From assembly GCA_048013815.1 (NCBI GenBank), contig CM106585.1, positions 19,592,001 to 19,656,000 of the forward strand: 64,000 nucleotides of DNA. The letters run 5' to 3'. This stretch comes from Setoptus koraiensis (lineage: Eukaryota; Animalia; Arthropoda). This document shows, piece by piece, positions 1 to 13,306 of the stretch (positions within the stretch are counted from its first letter, which is position 1; every line of letters starts with the position of its first letter). Under the pieces are notes generated by a model, which was not told the origin of the DNA, made no database searches, and worked only from the letters and a program-made list of their open reading frames with translations. Position numbers and translations under genes: made by a program.

Positions 1-2
1 AC

Positions 3-101
3 CTGAGTAACCGGGCGGACAAGTGCATCTGTATGTACCGGGCAGGTTCTCACATATGGCTCCTTTGCCGCAAGCGTTCTCGTTGGCGCACTCGTTGATG
101 T
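3..101 (-). CDS. dpy: Dumpy-like protein, exon 5 in window (calcium-binding EGF module); gene continues beyond the left edge
   Basis: Acceptor tcaatgcag at 102-103, then (D)INECANENACGKGAICENLPGTYRCTCPPGYS(G), which fits the cbEGF consensus. 99 nt, phase 1-1. GT at positions 2-1 is either a donor or continued coding sequence, because the window cuts here. Not in the ORF track. Confidence 0.85.
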
Positions 102-871
102 CTGCATTGAGAGTGTACCGAGCGGGCGAAATTGTATCGCCGGCATTGGTAGCCGGTTGATTGGTTAGTTGGTTCGGCCAGACAACACGGTTGACCAGTG
201 GCGTTGGTTGTTGCGGTTGTTGTTGTTCGGATTGTCGTTGTTGTTGTTGTTGCAATTGTTCGAGTTGTTTTTGTTGGCGTTGCCGTTGACGCAATATGAG
301 TGATGGCGATTTTTTCAACAATGGCGATTGTTGCGGCGCATTGAACGACGTCCAATAATAGGGTGAATTTTGGCCAGCGTTTGTTGATTCGGCCGGCGAC
401 AAATCAATTGTGTTGGCGTTAGTTGGCACATTGCCGATTGTGATCACAGTTACAGCAACGAACACAACCAGCATAACGGATACCAGTGGCGTCGTCGTCG
501 TCGTCATGTTAATTAAATTATTATTAGAGCGTTGATTAATGGCGGGGATTAATAACGAGGGCGATTGATTAATAATAACTCTACTTGTGTGCGTTGTTGC
601 GGGATTAGATTTTGGCGTGACTTTGCTGACTATTTGCTGGGACAATGTATCATTGTGGTTATTTGGGCTGGTTAGCTCGGGTATATCACTTGTTGGATTA
701 TTGATTGATTGATTTGTGCTGTGCGCCGGCAGCGATGCGCGCTCAGGCTCGAGCCGGCCGTGCGTCACGCAATGTTCACTGGGCGACAGTTTGTGGCAGC
801 GGGCGCGCTCGCGGGGGCCCATGTCACTTGGCTGCTGTGGGCCGATTGCTGACTGCGGTCGATTGCGGAAT

Positions 872-1011
872 GCTAACTGTGGAACGCTAACTGCGCAACG
901 CTAATTGCGAATTGCTAATTGCGAATTGCTAACTGTAAATTGCTAACTGCAAATTGCTAACTGTAAATTGCTAACTGTAAATCGCTAATTGCGAGATGCT
1001 GATTGCGAGAT
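872..1011. repeat. 14-bp tandem repeat, about 10 copies (GCTAAYTGYRAATT-like), diverging toward both ends
   Basis: Units read directly: gctaactgtggaac, gctaactgcgcaac, gctaattgcgaatt x2, gctaactgtaaatt, and so on. Confidence 0.9.
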
Positions 1012-4000
1012 GCGGACTGAGTAACTGTGTCTCGGGTTGTGTGTGTGTGTGTGTCACGAAACGAGGCGACGCGCGCTGACCGTGATAGTGATGGTCTTGC
1101 GAGAGAGATAATGCCGGTGATATATCATTTGAATATGAACAAGCGATGATACCAAAGGGGTGACAACCGATCTGATCCGCCTGAATGGCAGTGCGACACT
1201 GACAACAACAACAACAACAACAACGGCAGCAATTTGTCTGGCAGCTCCATTGTGCTACGCTGATTGTAGGGATTACCCATCAGTCAGCCAGAACGCGCAG
1301 TTGAGCCACGTGCACAATTGAGTGTGCGCGCGCACTCGTATCAAGATGATGCCAGCCAGCCAGTCAGTCAGCCAGCCGTCAGCGTCTTGCCAAATGTGTC
1401 TGGGCGCAATAAAATGCAAATAATTAACAGTGGCTGGCTATAGTTAGCTCGTTGTTGTTGCATTACCTTAAATAACTTGGCCCATTGTGTGCACAGGCAC
1501 GATGGGTGGCGCTGGCAAGACGCTGGCTGGCTGGCTGGCTCGGCATCGCGCTGGCATCGTAAACAGTGCGACAAGAGTGCGCGCGCGACTAAAACAGTCG
1601 AAGCTGTCGAATGTGTCACATGCACACACAATGCCATGGCGCTAAATAAAGCGCTTGCTCGTTTTAGGAAGCCAAGGTTCTCTGATAAGGCAACAGCTGT
1701 AGTTGCGGTTGTGGGCCGCCGCTGTTGTCGCTGTTGCCTTCGTCGTCGCTGTTGTCGCTGTTGCCTTCGTTGTTGTTGTTGTCGTCGTTGCCGTTGTTGT
1801 CGTTGCCGCTGTTGTTGTTGTTGTTGTTGTCGCTGTTGTCGGCAACGCCAACGCGCGCCCAGTCAGAAAAAATAGAAACTGCTCGAGAAACAAGCGCACA
1901 ACTGGGCCTCGATTGCAGCGCGCATTATCCATTATCCATTGATACGTCTCAGCCTGTCTATTAATGGCCAGGCTGAGCCCGTTGGCGCCGGCCGAGTCTC
2001 GTTCGAGCGCCAATTAGCGCTCTCGTTGCACGCGCCCTCTGGAATGTGTATCACGGACCGCGCTCACCAAAGGACGCTGCGCACGCCAAGACAGAGCGTA
2101 ATTGCGAGCGGCCAAAGCGCATCGGCTGTCGGCCGCACGAACCAATCAGCGAGTGCCAACAACAAACATGGGCTGCAGATGACCTCGAAAACGCATTCTT
2201 GGGTCTATCGACGGAGCCGCTGTGACGGACACCTACGCTACGTTATTGTGTCTCGCTACGCCATCGCAGCCATCGTAGCCAGCCATCGTAGCCAGCCAGC
2301 CAGCCGACAAGCGGGCGAGCGAAAGTTGTTGGCGAGCAAAGTGGGCGCTGCTTACCTCTTCGGTGCCATCCCCAGCCAGTCACGCTCGGCGCTCGCACCG
2401 ACGCCCACGCACCATCTGCATCACTTTCGCTGGCTGCGTTGCTGGCTGCTGCACTTGTTTGCACAAGCGAGCCCGTCTGGCTCGCATGACGAGCCAGACA
2501 GGTGGCTCCAGCGCGTTGCTTGGCGAGCTCGCAATGTCGGTCGGCTCGCCGCTCGGCTGCTGTGCCAACACCGACACTGTGTGCTGTTCTGCGCCGGCTC
2601 GGACCGGCCGACGCTCGGCGCAAAGTTGCGCCGGCGGCGGCCCAGATCGGGGCCGCTGTTGGGCACGAACGGCCAACAGTCGGCTATTGGGGGCCGACTG
2701 CTGGCTACTAGTAGCCGACTGCTGGTTGGCGCCCATCGGCAGCACACACACACCGACAGCACAGCGCTGTGCCACAGCGGATCGGTTGGCGCGCAACTGT
2801 CACCACTGTCGGGCTCGGGCTGTCACTGGCCATCTGTTGCTGTGGCGCGTTTGGCCGCGTCGCTTGCGTTGGGCCGCGTTGGGCCGCGTTGCGTCACGTT
2901 GTGAGCGCTGATCGCGCGCGGGCACGCTGGCCACTGACACTGGGCATGCGAGCGCAGTGTCGGTGCTCACCGTTCGCCAGTGTGTCTCGCGGCTGTGCCG
3001 CGCGAGACGCACGAGTCGGCTGTGCCCACGCCCACGCACACTGGCCGTCGTGATGCCATCGCGGTGATGGCAATGACGCAATGCTTTTATACCGCAACAA
3101 CGCACACACACACACACACACACACACGGCGATGATAGCCGGGCGATGGTAAGCAACATGGTAACATGGTTGGCAGTGTTACCGTGTTGCTTGCATGCGT
3201 AACTGCACTGGCAATGTGTCGGGCAGTGTCAGCGCCAGAAACCGTGCTCATGGCAACCGCGCAACAGATGGTCGGTGCGCCGCGCGCTGCTGCAACCCGA
3301 CGTTAGACCCGACAACAGCAAACTCGGCGACAACAACTCGACGGCAACAGCTCGGCGGCGACAGCAACCCGACGGCGACAGCTCGACAACAACAACTCGA
3401 CGGCGACAAACTCGCGCTTACGTAACTGCAAAACTCGCGCTTGCGTAACAGCAAAACTCGAGCTTGCGTTGCGCGCGCTACGTGAGCTCTCGCCAGTTGT
3501 GTGTCGTCTGACAGTTGTTGGGTCGCTTACGTAACGCAACAGCACACCGCACACGGCAGCCGCACAACAGCGGCCGCGACACATCCGTCGCTTGCATGCT
3601 GGCCCACAATTGTCAGTGCGCACTGTGCGAGCGATAATAAGTAGCGATAATAAGTAGCTCTCGATCGCGATCGGGAGCTCGCAGTGCCGGCACGAGCGCC
3701 TCGCCGAGCTCGTGAGCGAACGAGAAACGCTGGCCGGGCGCCGCGCCGAGCCAACGGCACAGTGCAGCAACGACAGCAACGACAGAAATTTGCGCTGGTG
3801 CACAGGCGGCCGCCAGCCCGGCTCACCGGCGGCCCGAAAACAAGCCGCCGGCCGACTGTCGGCCGCCGTAGCGCTCGCTCGAGCGGCCAGACCGATGTCG
3901 CTCGGTGCGCTGGTCGGACCGAGCTGCGTCCGACCGCAAGGTCGGCTCTCTCATGGCTCTCTCATGGCTCTGTCACGGCTCGCTCGCGCTGCCGGCCGCC

Positions 4001-6437
4001 GACAAGCGGCGACGCGCAGCCAGCGACAAGCGGCCAGTGGCGGCCAGCGATGGCCAACGACAGGCAACAAGACGCTGGAAGCGGAAAGAAGCGCGCCGCC
4101 GAGCGCGCTGACCAGAGGCCGGCGTGCCCACCGCAAAGCCGCTCATGATTCATGACCACCGGCCGGCCGGCCGGTGTGCGTCTCGAGCGCTGACCGACCG
4201 CGTTTCATTTGCATAAGTTGGCGCAAGTTTGCGCAAGCTTGCGCAATTGAGTGACCGATGAGCGAGCGGCCGGCCGGCGTCTCGGTGTGTGTTCAATTGG
4301 TCGGTGTGTTCGACGGCGAGCGGTTGCGACCTTGCCTGTTGACTGGTCGACACTCAACCAACGAGCCCCTTGCCCCGCTCGGCCGCTGAGTCCCGTTTGA
4401 GCCGAGCGCCACTCGGCAGCCGCTGTCGCCTAGCCGGCCAGACTGAGTCTCGGCCAAACTGAGCCAGTGAGGACACACAGTCTCGGCACAATGAGACACG
4501 GTCTCACCTGTCGGCCCGCTAACTGTCGCTTGCTGGTGGCAAGTTGTGAGCGGCCGACAGCAAATCGCAGCGCATAAACACATGAGGTGAACAAACATTA
4601 ATTAGTGTCAACCTTTTTGCGAGTGGCTGTCACACTAATTGTCGTTGGCACACACAATATTTGCTAACAGTTTGCGTTTGTCATTGTCACCACCGGCAGC
4701 GCTGTCCGTTTGCGCAAATTGGCGCCGCTCGCTTGTTATTGTTGTTGCGCATGCAGTCGCTTGGCGAGCTTGCGTCGCCGCCACTGCAGTGGCCGGTCGC
4801 TCATTCAAACGGCCCTTTAATTGAGCCATTGACTGGCGGGCCCGATTAGCGCGCTAACACACCGACGAGCACCGTTGGCGTTCGGGCGAGTTCAGTTGAG
4901 CGGCGATTCGGCCGGCCGGCCGGCCGAATGCGAGCGCCGCTTTCCGGCCGTCGCTCACTGCATGCCGAGAGCGGCGACAACAATGGCGCTGCGCTGGCCG
5001 CTCGAACGCGACAAACGAACGCGAAACGAACGCCGAATGGACGCGAAATGAGCGCAAATTGAAAAAACTGGCCAAGATGAGCGAGCTGCCCATAACTCAT
5101 GCAGTCACGGCCGGCGAGCGCATGAGTTATGGCTGCGAGCTAACTGGTTTCGCGAACCGATTGCGGCTCGTGCTCGTCGGCGGTTGTGTCCGTCGGTTGT
5201 GTGTTTGTCGGCCGTTTGCCGATTGTGTGTCGGTTGTTCGTCGGTCGCTGGTCGGTTGTTCGTCGGTTGCTCGTCGGTTGCTCGTCGGTTGTGTGCCGGC
5301 CGGTTGTTGGCCGTCGTCGTTGGCGAACGGCAGCGGCGGCAATCAGCGAGCGGCGGCAATCAGCGAGCGGCAGCATATGGCGCATTTGCATGCGATCCGA
5401 GACGCTCGCACGGCCACACCGAGCGGCATGACTAGCCGCGCGGCCCGTCTCGACGCGGCGCCGTTACTCGGGCCGGCTCGACAATGATTGATTTACGCTG
5501 ATGGGCCGCTCGGCACGACGGCCATCAATCTAGATCATGGCTGCCGGTGATGCGCCGCCGAGCGCAATTTGCCATTTACCGCTGCCCGTTGGCCGCAACA
5601 GGCAAACGGCAAACGGCCAGCGCAGCGACGGCCCAATGGCCCAATGGCCGAGCAACAACAAATTGCCGGCCGGTGATTAGGGCAACTTCAATAGGCTTGT
5701 TTGTGGCGCCGTCACGTTGGCCGGCGCCGGGCGCCGCTCGCCGCTCGTTAGCTCGCTGGCCGGCGGCGGCCGACCCGTCCGCCGACCGATTGCGGCGCAG
5801 CGACAGGCAACGACAGGCAGCGGCGAGCCAACAACAGGGCCATAACAGCAACAACAAGCATGCATTGTGCGGCGTCCCCATCTCACACGATCAAGCGGTC
5901 AATCTCGTTAGCGTGCCCGTCGCGAACGACCGCTCCGCAGCGTCCGCTCGCCGCCAATCTCGCCGCACTGGCCGCATCCTCGGTCGCTCGGCGGCGCTGC
6001 CTCGGCAGCGCAAGCGCGCAGCGAGCAGGCAGCGGTGGCGAGCGGCGCACGGCAAGCGCACCGTTGATAATTGATTGCTGGCCTTTGTTTGCGCGGCCCG
6101 CTTATGCGCTAACGCGTCATTGGCTCATCGCCGGCCGCGCCATTGGCCGGCCGGCGCAACAGTTGCCCGTTGCCGGCCCGCTGCAGCGAGCGGGCTACTG
6201 TTAGTAACAGTCTGTTACTCGCTCGCTCGCTCGCTCGATTGCTCGATTGTTGCGATGACTTGTTGCGCGGGCTCTCGGCCGGCGCACACATAAACCTTAG
6301 TATCATATGAACCTTAGTAACAGCCTTGATATATGGGATCATGCGTGCGAACTCGGCTCGCTGATTGCGTCGCCCCGCTGGCGACACAATCAACGGCGTC
6401 ATCGCGAGGCCTGCCGCAGCGGCAAACCGAAACTTAC

Positions 6438-6473
6438 CTGTGCAGGTGACCGTCTGATTGCCCGTGGGCGAGC
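6438..6473 (-). CDS. dpy: Dumpy candidate micro-exon 4 (36 nt, GSPTGNQTVTCT)
   Basis: aaatcag|GCTCGCCC...TGCACAG|gtaagt, with a perfect donor and phase 1-1. It supplies the missing sixth Cys of the EGF begun in exon 3 and ends in ...CT|D like the Drosophila Dumpy junction (GEVLCT|DVDEC, from memory). The acceptor is weak. Confidence 0.7.
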
Positions 6474-8419
6474 CTGATTTGGCATCGGCAAATGGGCGAA
6501 TTTTCCCATGAATCGATCGTCGCATTGATCGTCGCATCGATCGTCGGATTGGTCGTCGCATTGATCGGTGATTCGGTCGCCGGTTCCGGGCGCGTCGGGT
6601 GCACGCGTTTTTGGCACGGTGCGCGTGTCGTCCAATTGCGGTCGTCGTCCAAATGCGGTTGTCGTGCGATTGCGGTTTTGGTCCGGTGTTGTCGCGGTGG
6701 CGCGTCGTCGGCGGCAGGGCCGAGCGGTTGGCGGGCGCAGGCGATGAGAGGGATGAAAGAGTCGAGAGACGGATAATTAGCGGCAATTATATTTACATTT
6801 GCATTGTGCGGCGGTGATTGTTTCGCGGCGAGTTTGTTTTTGTGTTTGCGTTTTCGCGTTTCTGTTTTTTGCCTTTTTGTGTTCCTGTTTGGGCAATTTT
6901 GTGCTTGCCGTTCGGTGTCGTGCTGCCGATCTCGCGTCGCCCGACGAGATCGGCAGTTTTTTGCGAGAATCGCTACACGGCGCCGCTCCTCGCCGTTGCG
7001 CTCGTCGTTGCGCTCGCGATTCTCGCAATTCTCGCGATTCTCGCAATTCTCGCGACTCTCGCGATTCTTGCGATTCTCGCGACTCTCGAGCTGGCGAGCT
7101 GGAGCTGACGAGCACCGAATGAATCTGCCGCGTCGGTAGTCGGCCGGCGAGTCGTCGGCACACACGGGTCGCTTGTCACGCGCAACCAATTAGCGCTGCG
7201 CGCTGCCAACGGCGCACACAATGAACGACGCAGACGCACGCAGATCGGGCTCGAGCGGCGATTGCGAGCGGCTCATTAGCATAATGGCGCGCACGAAAAA
7301 AGCATTTGCATGTGTGCGAGTGCGCGCCGGCTCGGTCGACGCGCGGCCGAACGCAGCCGAACGCAGTTGAGAGCAGCCGAACGTCAGACGGCAGAGTCAG
7401 CGGGAAAAGCGAGCTGTCGGCGCCACTCGTGGGCCCCCAATATCGCACTCACGATCGCTCGTGGGCGCCCGCATCTGACAGATTGTGAGTCAGCTGATCT
7501 GACGCGGGCGCGCCGAGCGAGCCAAGTGTCACTGGCGCAGTCACGCCAGCCGACCATTAGCGTATCTTTTTGTCGTGCTCGCGTCATGTTGAGCCGCAAC
7601 GAGCGTCTCATAATGCGACGAGTCTCATTACCAAGACAATAAGTCTCATTATGGCACTCGCATTGCCACTGACGCGGCGTGTTGTTATCATTTGCATAAA
7701 GGCACAGGCTGCACACTTGCTTGCGCTCCTATTGTCGCTGTCAGCGCTTGCCGCGCACCGTCTGTCGGTGGGCCGCAAATGTCTCGCCAAATGTCTTGGC
7801 GAGACATTTGCCCGAGCCGCACAATTGTTGCGGGCCACACAGTCGCTGGCAGTCACAGTGGCTCGCGATTACAGTTGCAGTCGCTTGCGGTTGCAGTCGC
7901 AGTTGCAGTTACAGTGGCAGTTGCTTGGCACAACCGGAAGCGGCACGGAAGCGAGCGGCGCAATGTCAATGGCGCGTCACACTCAATTGTGTGCGCTATT
8001 CTGAGGCCGTCCATTGTTGTCTGTGGCCGTGTAAACGAGGCTCGCATGTCTCGACGCTCGACAGACACCTGTCGCAAGTGACTTGCCGCTGCCAGCTCAC
8101 GTCATCGCGCTCATCGCACTCATTAAGCTCGTTAGTGAGTCAGTGAGTCAGTGTGCAACGCACGCCGGCCAGTTCCGTTATGCGGCGCTGCGTCGGCGAC
8201 CCGACGGCCGCGGCCAAGGTCAGTCCGAGTTAATTAGCCGCGATGCAAATCAAAGCGGCCGCGCCAACTGCGCCGCCGCCGTCGGCCCGATTGTGTTGCG
8301 CCGATCGCTTGAGTCTGGCAGCGGCGACACCGCTCACAAGTTGTCAGCCACAACAGGCCACTCGCAACAGCTGAGCGCAACCGACGGCCGCGACAGCTGA
8401 GCGCAACTGACGGCCGCAA

Positions 8420-8456
8420 CAGGTGAGTGTCAATAAAGTAATTAGACACTCGCCTG
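8420..8456. repeat. Inverted repeat, 12-bp stem (one G-U), 13-nt loop containing AATAAA
   Basis: caggtgagtgtc-aataaagtaatta-gacactcgcctg. Confidence 0.8.
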
Positions 8457-9473
8457 ACAGAGCCCGTTATGGCGCGCCGGTCACTAACCCACGGCGGCCG
8501 TCACTCGCGGCCACTGGCTGCTGATGCTGATGCTGCCGGACACAATGACAAGTTAATAACAAGTCTTCCTCGCAGACACACACATTATGTGAGTCACATA
8601 ACAGTGTTATGACAGGGCGGTCGCTCTGGCTCGACACACACACACACACTCGCAATTTGTGAGCTTGTGAGCTTGTGAGTGACTCACAAATGAGCGGCTT
8701 CACCTGTGCGCCGCCGCTCGCACTGACAATCGGCACTGAATCGGCACTGAATCGGCACTGTGTCGCAATCGGCAATTCGCGGCAATTCGCATTGGCAGTT
8801 GCATAACAACAATGCGCAATAAGCGCATTACGTAACTCACAATTCGCAATATATGTTAGTGTGTCCGCTACAAGGTGCATGCAATTTTGGCCAGCGTCCA
8901 TTGTGTGCTGTCCATCGAGGCGCACACAAGCTCGCTGCGGACGCACGTTAACGGCGCACTCGTACCTTTGCGAGCCGCATGGGCACAGCAGCAACAACAA
9001 CAACAGCAACAACAACGGCAACAGCAACAACAACAACAACGAAAACAACAGCGACAGCAGCAGATGTGTTGTAACTGGGCGAGATCATGTCCTATTGGAT
9101 GTGCACGACTCGCCTTGTGGGCTCGCTGTCGCTCGTTGCGTCTCGTTTGGGCTTGCGAGCCGCGCTCGTTTGCCAGCCACACTGGCCAGTGGCCGGCGCG
9201 CGCGCTCTAGCTCAGTGGCCGCAATGACGGGTAATTAGAGTTTATAATCATGCCTTGCGTTGTTTGATTTGCCTGCATCCTGTTCCGCCGTACACACGGT
9301 CATGTCATGCCCGGCTCGGCGCGGCGGCACTAGCAGCAGACTGGCGCTAGACTGACGCCAATTGACCAAGCCGATGCGTCGAGCCGATGCGCCGGGCCGA
9401 TGCGCCGGGCCGATGCGCCGGGCCAACGGGTCAAGCAACAGGTAAGGGCGCATCGCCACTGTCCAGTCTGTGC

Positions 9474-9506
<33 letters not shown>

Positions 9507-10523
9507 TAGACGCTGGCAGTGACCGGCGGCCAGTGCGCAACTGGTGCAGGCACCCCGGCCTTGCACTTGGCCACCATTGTGCCATTGTGCCACTATGCCA
9601 TTATGCTATTACGTCATTGTGTGCTGTGTGTAACGCTGGCCGTTGTGGCGGCTAACAAGTTGCGCGCCTGTCGTGATTGACATGCCCGAACGGCGCGCAT
9701 GATCGATAGCCGGCGCTCATTGCGTCACTAATGATGATGATTTGTTGCTAATGATGGCACTGGGCATGATTGGCTCATCGGCACCAATCGGCCAGAGCCC
9801 AGTCACTGCATGCGCAACACTAGCCCGTGTGTGTGTGCCAATACCACGCTAATCGTCAGCGTGGCATTGGCGTGATTGCAATGATCAGAATTGCCTTGGC
9901 CCAATCAGCTGACCGGGCGTCACATGAACTCCGGCGCCGTCGATGCTGTCCGGTCGCACCATCGCACCATCGCACCGTCGCACCATCGCACCGTCGCACC
10001 ATCGACCGGCACAGCGTCCAATAGCGGACAGTGCAGTGCCACCGGCAGACTGACCGACTCACTCACTCACCAACAGACCGACTCACTCACTCACTAACAG
10101 ACTGACTCACTAACAGACTGACCGGCAGACTGACCGACTGGCACACTGCTCATTTGCATGACGCTGCTCGTTGCGCAATCGTTGCGACCAGTGTCGCCGG
10201 CCAACAATCTGCTGTCACAGCGGCCAAGTGGCCGCACTGAGCGCACTCCACAGCACGTGCAGCCCAGCGCTGCACGTGTCCAGTGTGAGCCGCTGCTGGC
10301 GTCGGAGGTCGCCGACAGTGACACTGGCGAGCGACAATCGCTCTGGTTTGTCGCGTCGAGCATCGAGCGACGGGCGGGCGTGCCACCGATGGGCAGCGTC
10401 GAATTGCGCCACCGGTCGCTTGACCAGTCAAGCTGATCGGCCGATCCGCTGGCACAGTTTTCGCCGATCGAAGCGGGCACAGTTTTCGCCGATAGAAGCT
10501 GGCGGAGCTGTCACAACACTTAC

Positions 10524-10670
10524 CTGTGAGCGATGATTGCAATTGTCCCGTTTGGGGCGTCTGTTGGTATCCGTCCTTGCATTTGCACACGAAGTGGCCC
10601 GGCAGGTTGCAGCATTCGGTGTTGTCCGCGCACAGCGCGGCCAGCGAAGGAATTTCGCACTCGTTGATAT
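10524..10670 (-). CDS. dpy: Dumpy exon 3 (cbEGF module)
   Basis: Branch-like CTAAC, a long pyrimidine tract and cacag acceptor, then (D)INECEIPSLAALCADNTECCNLPGHFVCKCKDGYQQTPQTGQLQSSLT, then a gtaagt donor. 147 nt, phase 1-1. The ECCNLP.HF.CKCKDGY signature matches Drosophila Dumpy as recalled. Confidence 0.9.
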
Positions 10671-12906
10671 CTGTGGTTGGCACGGAGAGATAAATAAAGG
10701 GACGGATAAAGGGAGATGTTAGCAGATTGATTAGATATTGGCCTTCGGCTGGTTGCTCGTTGCTTGTTGCTTGTTGTTGGTGGCTTGTTGTTGGTGGCTT
10801 GTTGTTGGTGGCTTGTTGCTCGTTGTTCGCGGCTTGTGGCTTGCGGCTTGCGGTGGCCGCTGGAGCGCGATGCTCGCCGGCCGGCAACAATGCGCTGGGC
10901 GTTGTGTCGCTCCGCTGGCGATTGACGCCAATTGTCGCGCAGCAATTATCCATTGTGTGGAGCCTCCGAGCTTCGCAGCCGCGAAACGGCGAAGCAGCGA
11001 AACGGCGAAACTGCGAAACTGCGAAACTGCGAAGCAGCAAAAGAGCGAAACTGCCATTCCAGCTTCGAGTGTCGATGACCACAGGCGAGATGTTCTGGCG
11101 AGACGTTCGTTCGGGCCGGTGTGGCGCTGGCTCAAACGAGCGACTGCCGATTGTTTCGCGCGCTGGCGGCGTTCGCGCCGCCACAACAAACCGGCCGGCG
11201 ACAATCAATCGCCACTGGCAAGGTCAGCGCTGCCGTTGTCATTGTTGACGCCCGTCGCTCGTTACGACAGCCACAACGACAGCCACAACGACAGCAACAA
11301 CGACACCGGCAACGGCGACACGACGGCCGACGCGCAAAACACATACGGGCAGCGTGCTGCTGGCGAGTTGTGACTCGCCGGTTGTGACTGGCGAGTTGCG
11401 GGCATCGGCGCACGGCGCGTCCCGTTGTTCGTGCTCGCCCGGCCGCCATTTGTGCGCCCGCGTCGGCCCGTCCAGCGGCAACAATGGCCGCTGCCCAGTG
11501 TCCAGTGTTGGCGCGAAAGACACTTGTTGTCGCGGTTGTCGCGGTTGCCTCTGTTGTCGCGGTTGCCTCTGTTGTCGCTGTTGCCTCTGTTGGCGTCGTT
11601 GCTGTTGCTTGACGCTTGCTGCTTGCTGATCGTTGCTCGCTGCTCGTCGCCTCGGCCGTCGCTGCGCCGACCACAGACAATTGAGCGGGGCAAAAAACGA
11701 GCCGCGACAGGACACTGTCAGGGCACTGCGCAGGCAGGCTGGCCGGCGTGCCAGCGCGGCCACAAGCGTACGGGACTGGCGAGCTTGCGACGACGCGTCG
11801 GGGTCAGCGAACGCACTCCGAGACGCACGGCGGACAGCGCACGGACAGCGTATGGGCAGCGTATGGGCTGTGGACGGACAGCGGACACACTGCGGACGGC
11901 GGACACGGGAGCTCCTGCGAGCCACCGTGTGCCCTGTGGCCTGTGCGCTTGTTGCCGGCGCCACGGTCGGCGCGGCAACAAGCGCCGGACGTTCCGGCCG
12001 GTCCGCGGTGCGGCCGTCCGACGAATCGCCCGGTGCGGCTTGCCGCAGACTCGCAACAGTCGGCCGGCCGGCCAGCAGTGTGGCAGTGCGGCCGTGCGCC
12101 GACCGTTCGGACATTGGCGAGACAGGAAATGAGCCGAGTCAGGCGAGCTGTTGTTGGCCGAGTGGCCGCATCCATGGCCGCTCAGTGGCTTCGAGCGAGC
12201 CACACAATAGATGGGAACGGCCACTAATGGTCGCTCTCTGACACTCTCCGTATGGACAAACACAAAAGGCTTCGCTGCTTACATAACAAGATCATGGTCA
12301 CTTTTGGTTCACATGATGTCATTATTGCATCATTCAATATTTGTCTCGCTCTCTCGCCCTCTCACCCTCTGGCCAGGCAAGGCCGCTTGTGTGTGCGTCT
12401 CTATATCTGTCTAGACTGTGGCGTGAGTACAAGTGCGAGCGTGAGTATGGGCATGAGTCGGTTTCACTGGCGCGCATTTGCCGGTCCAGTGGATCCCATT
12501 AGGCAACATCACTTGCAGTTGGTGGCGGGCGTCGTCATTATGATATTATTGCATCATTATTTGTGCTTGTTTGCAGTGGCCAGAGACAGTTTGCGTGCTC
12601 AAATGGCTCCAATGGAGCGTTTGTGAGGCCAGGTATCATTGGAGCTGTCGTCACTTGTACGTGCTGTCTTGCTCACATTGCGCCCGCTCTGCAATGCACC
12701 GTGTGTACGCACGTGACGCACAACGTACGCTGTAATTACGTAACGCTGTTGGCGCCACTCGAACTGGCCGGCCAAAACTGACGACTCGATGATGGGCGCA
12801 ACAAGTGCAATGATGCAACAAATGCACTGATGTAATACCAGAGGTGCAACAATGTTACAGTGGCGAGTTGTTGCTAATGTTAATTATGAGTATTGTAATG
12901 ATGCGC

Positions 12907-12949
12907 GCGCTAATGATGACGTCAACATTGGAGCGGTCATCATTAGCGC
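12907..12949. repeat. Perfect 14-bp inverted repeat, 15-nt loop
   Basis: gcgctaatgatgac...gtcatcattagcgc. Confidence 0.8.
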
Positions 12950-13225
12950 CACTCAATACCCGGCCAACTGACTGGCCAACGGACTGGCCAACTGACCGGC
13001 CAACTGGCCGGCCAACGGACTGGTCAACTGAGCGGCCGACTGAGCGGCCGACTGACGTGCTGCGCGAACGTAGCAGCAAAATGCGTAATTGAGTTGCAGC
13101 GTAATTGAGGCAAGTGAGCATGCAAATGTTGCCACTAATTTGCGTTGCATCATTAGCAGACTCTAGCTGACTCTTGCTCAGCCAGAGTGTAGCTGGAATG
13201 TGTCGCACCCACAAAATGCAAGCTT

Positions 13226-13306
13226 GTTACATTGGTTACATCAGTTACATTGGTTACATTGGTTACATTAGTTACATTGGTTACATTGGTTACATTAGTT
13301 ACATTG
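13226..13306. repeat. 9-bp tandem repeat (GTTACATTR) x9
   Basis: Read directly. It explains the VTL repeats in ORF 13232..13513. Confidence 0.9.

Noticed and set aside
1240-1345. Minus-strand fragment reading YEC...NC...G*LMGNPYNQ, resembling an EGF exon
   Set aside because: It has an in-frame stop, wrong Cys spacing and no usable splice sites. Exon 5 can follow micro-exon 4 directly.
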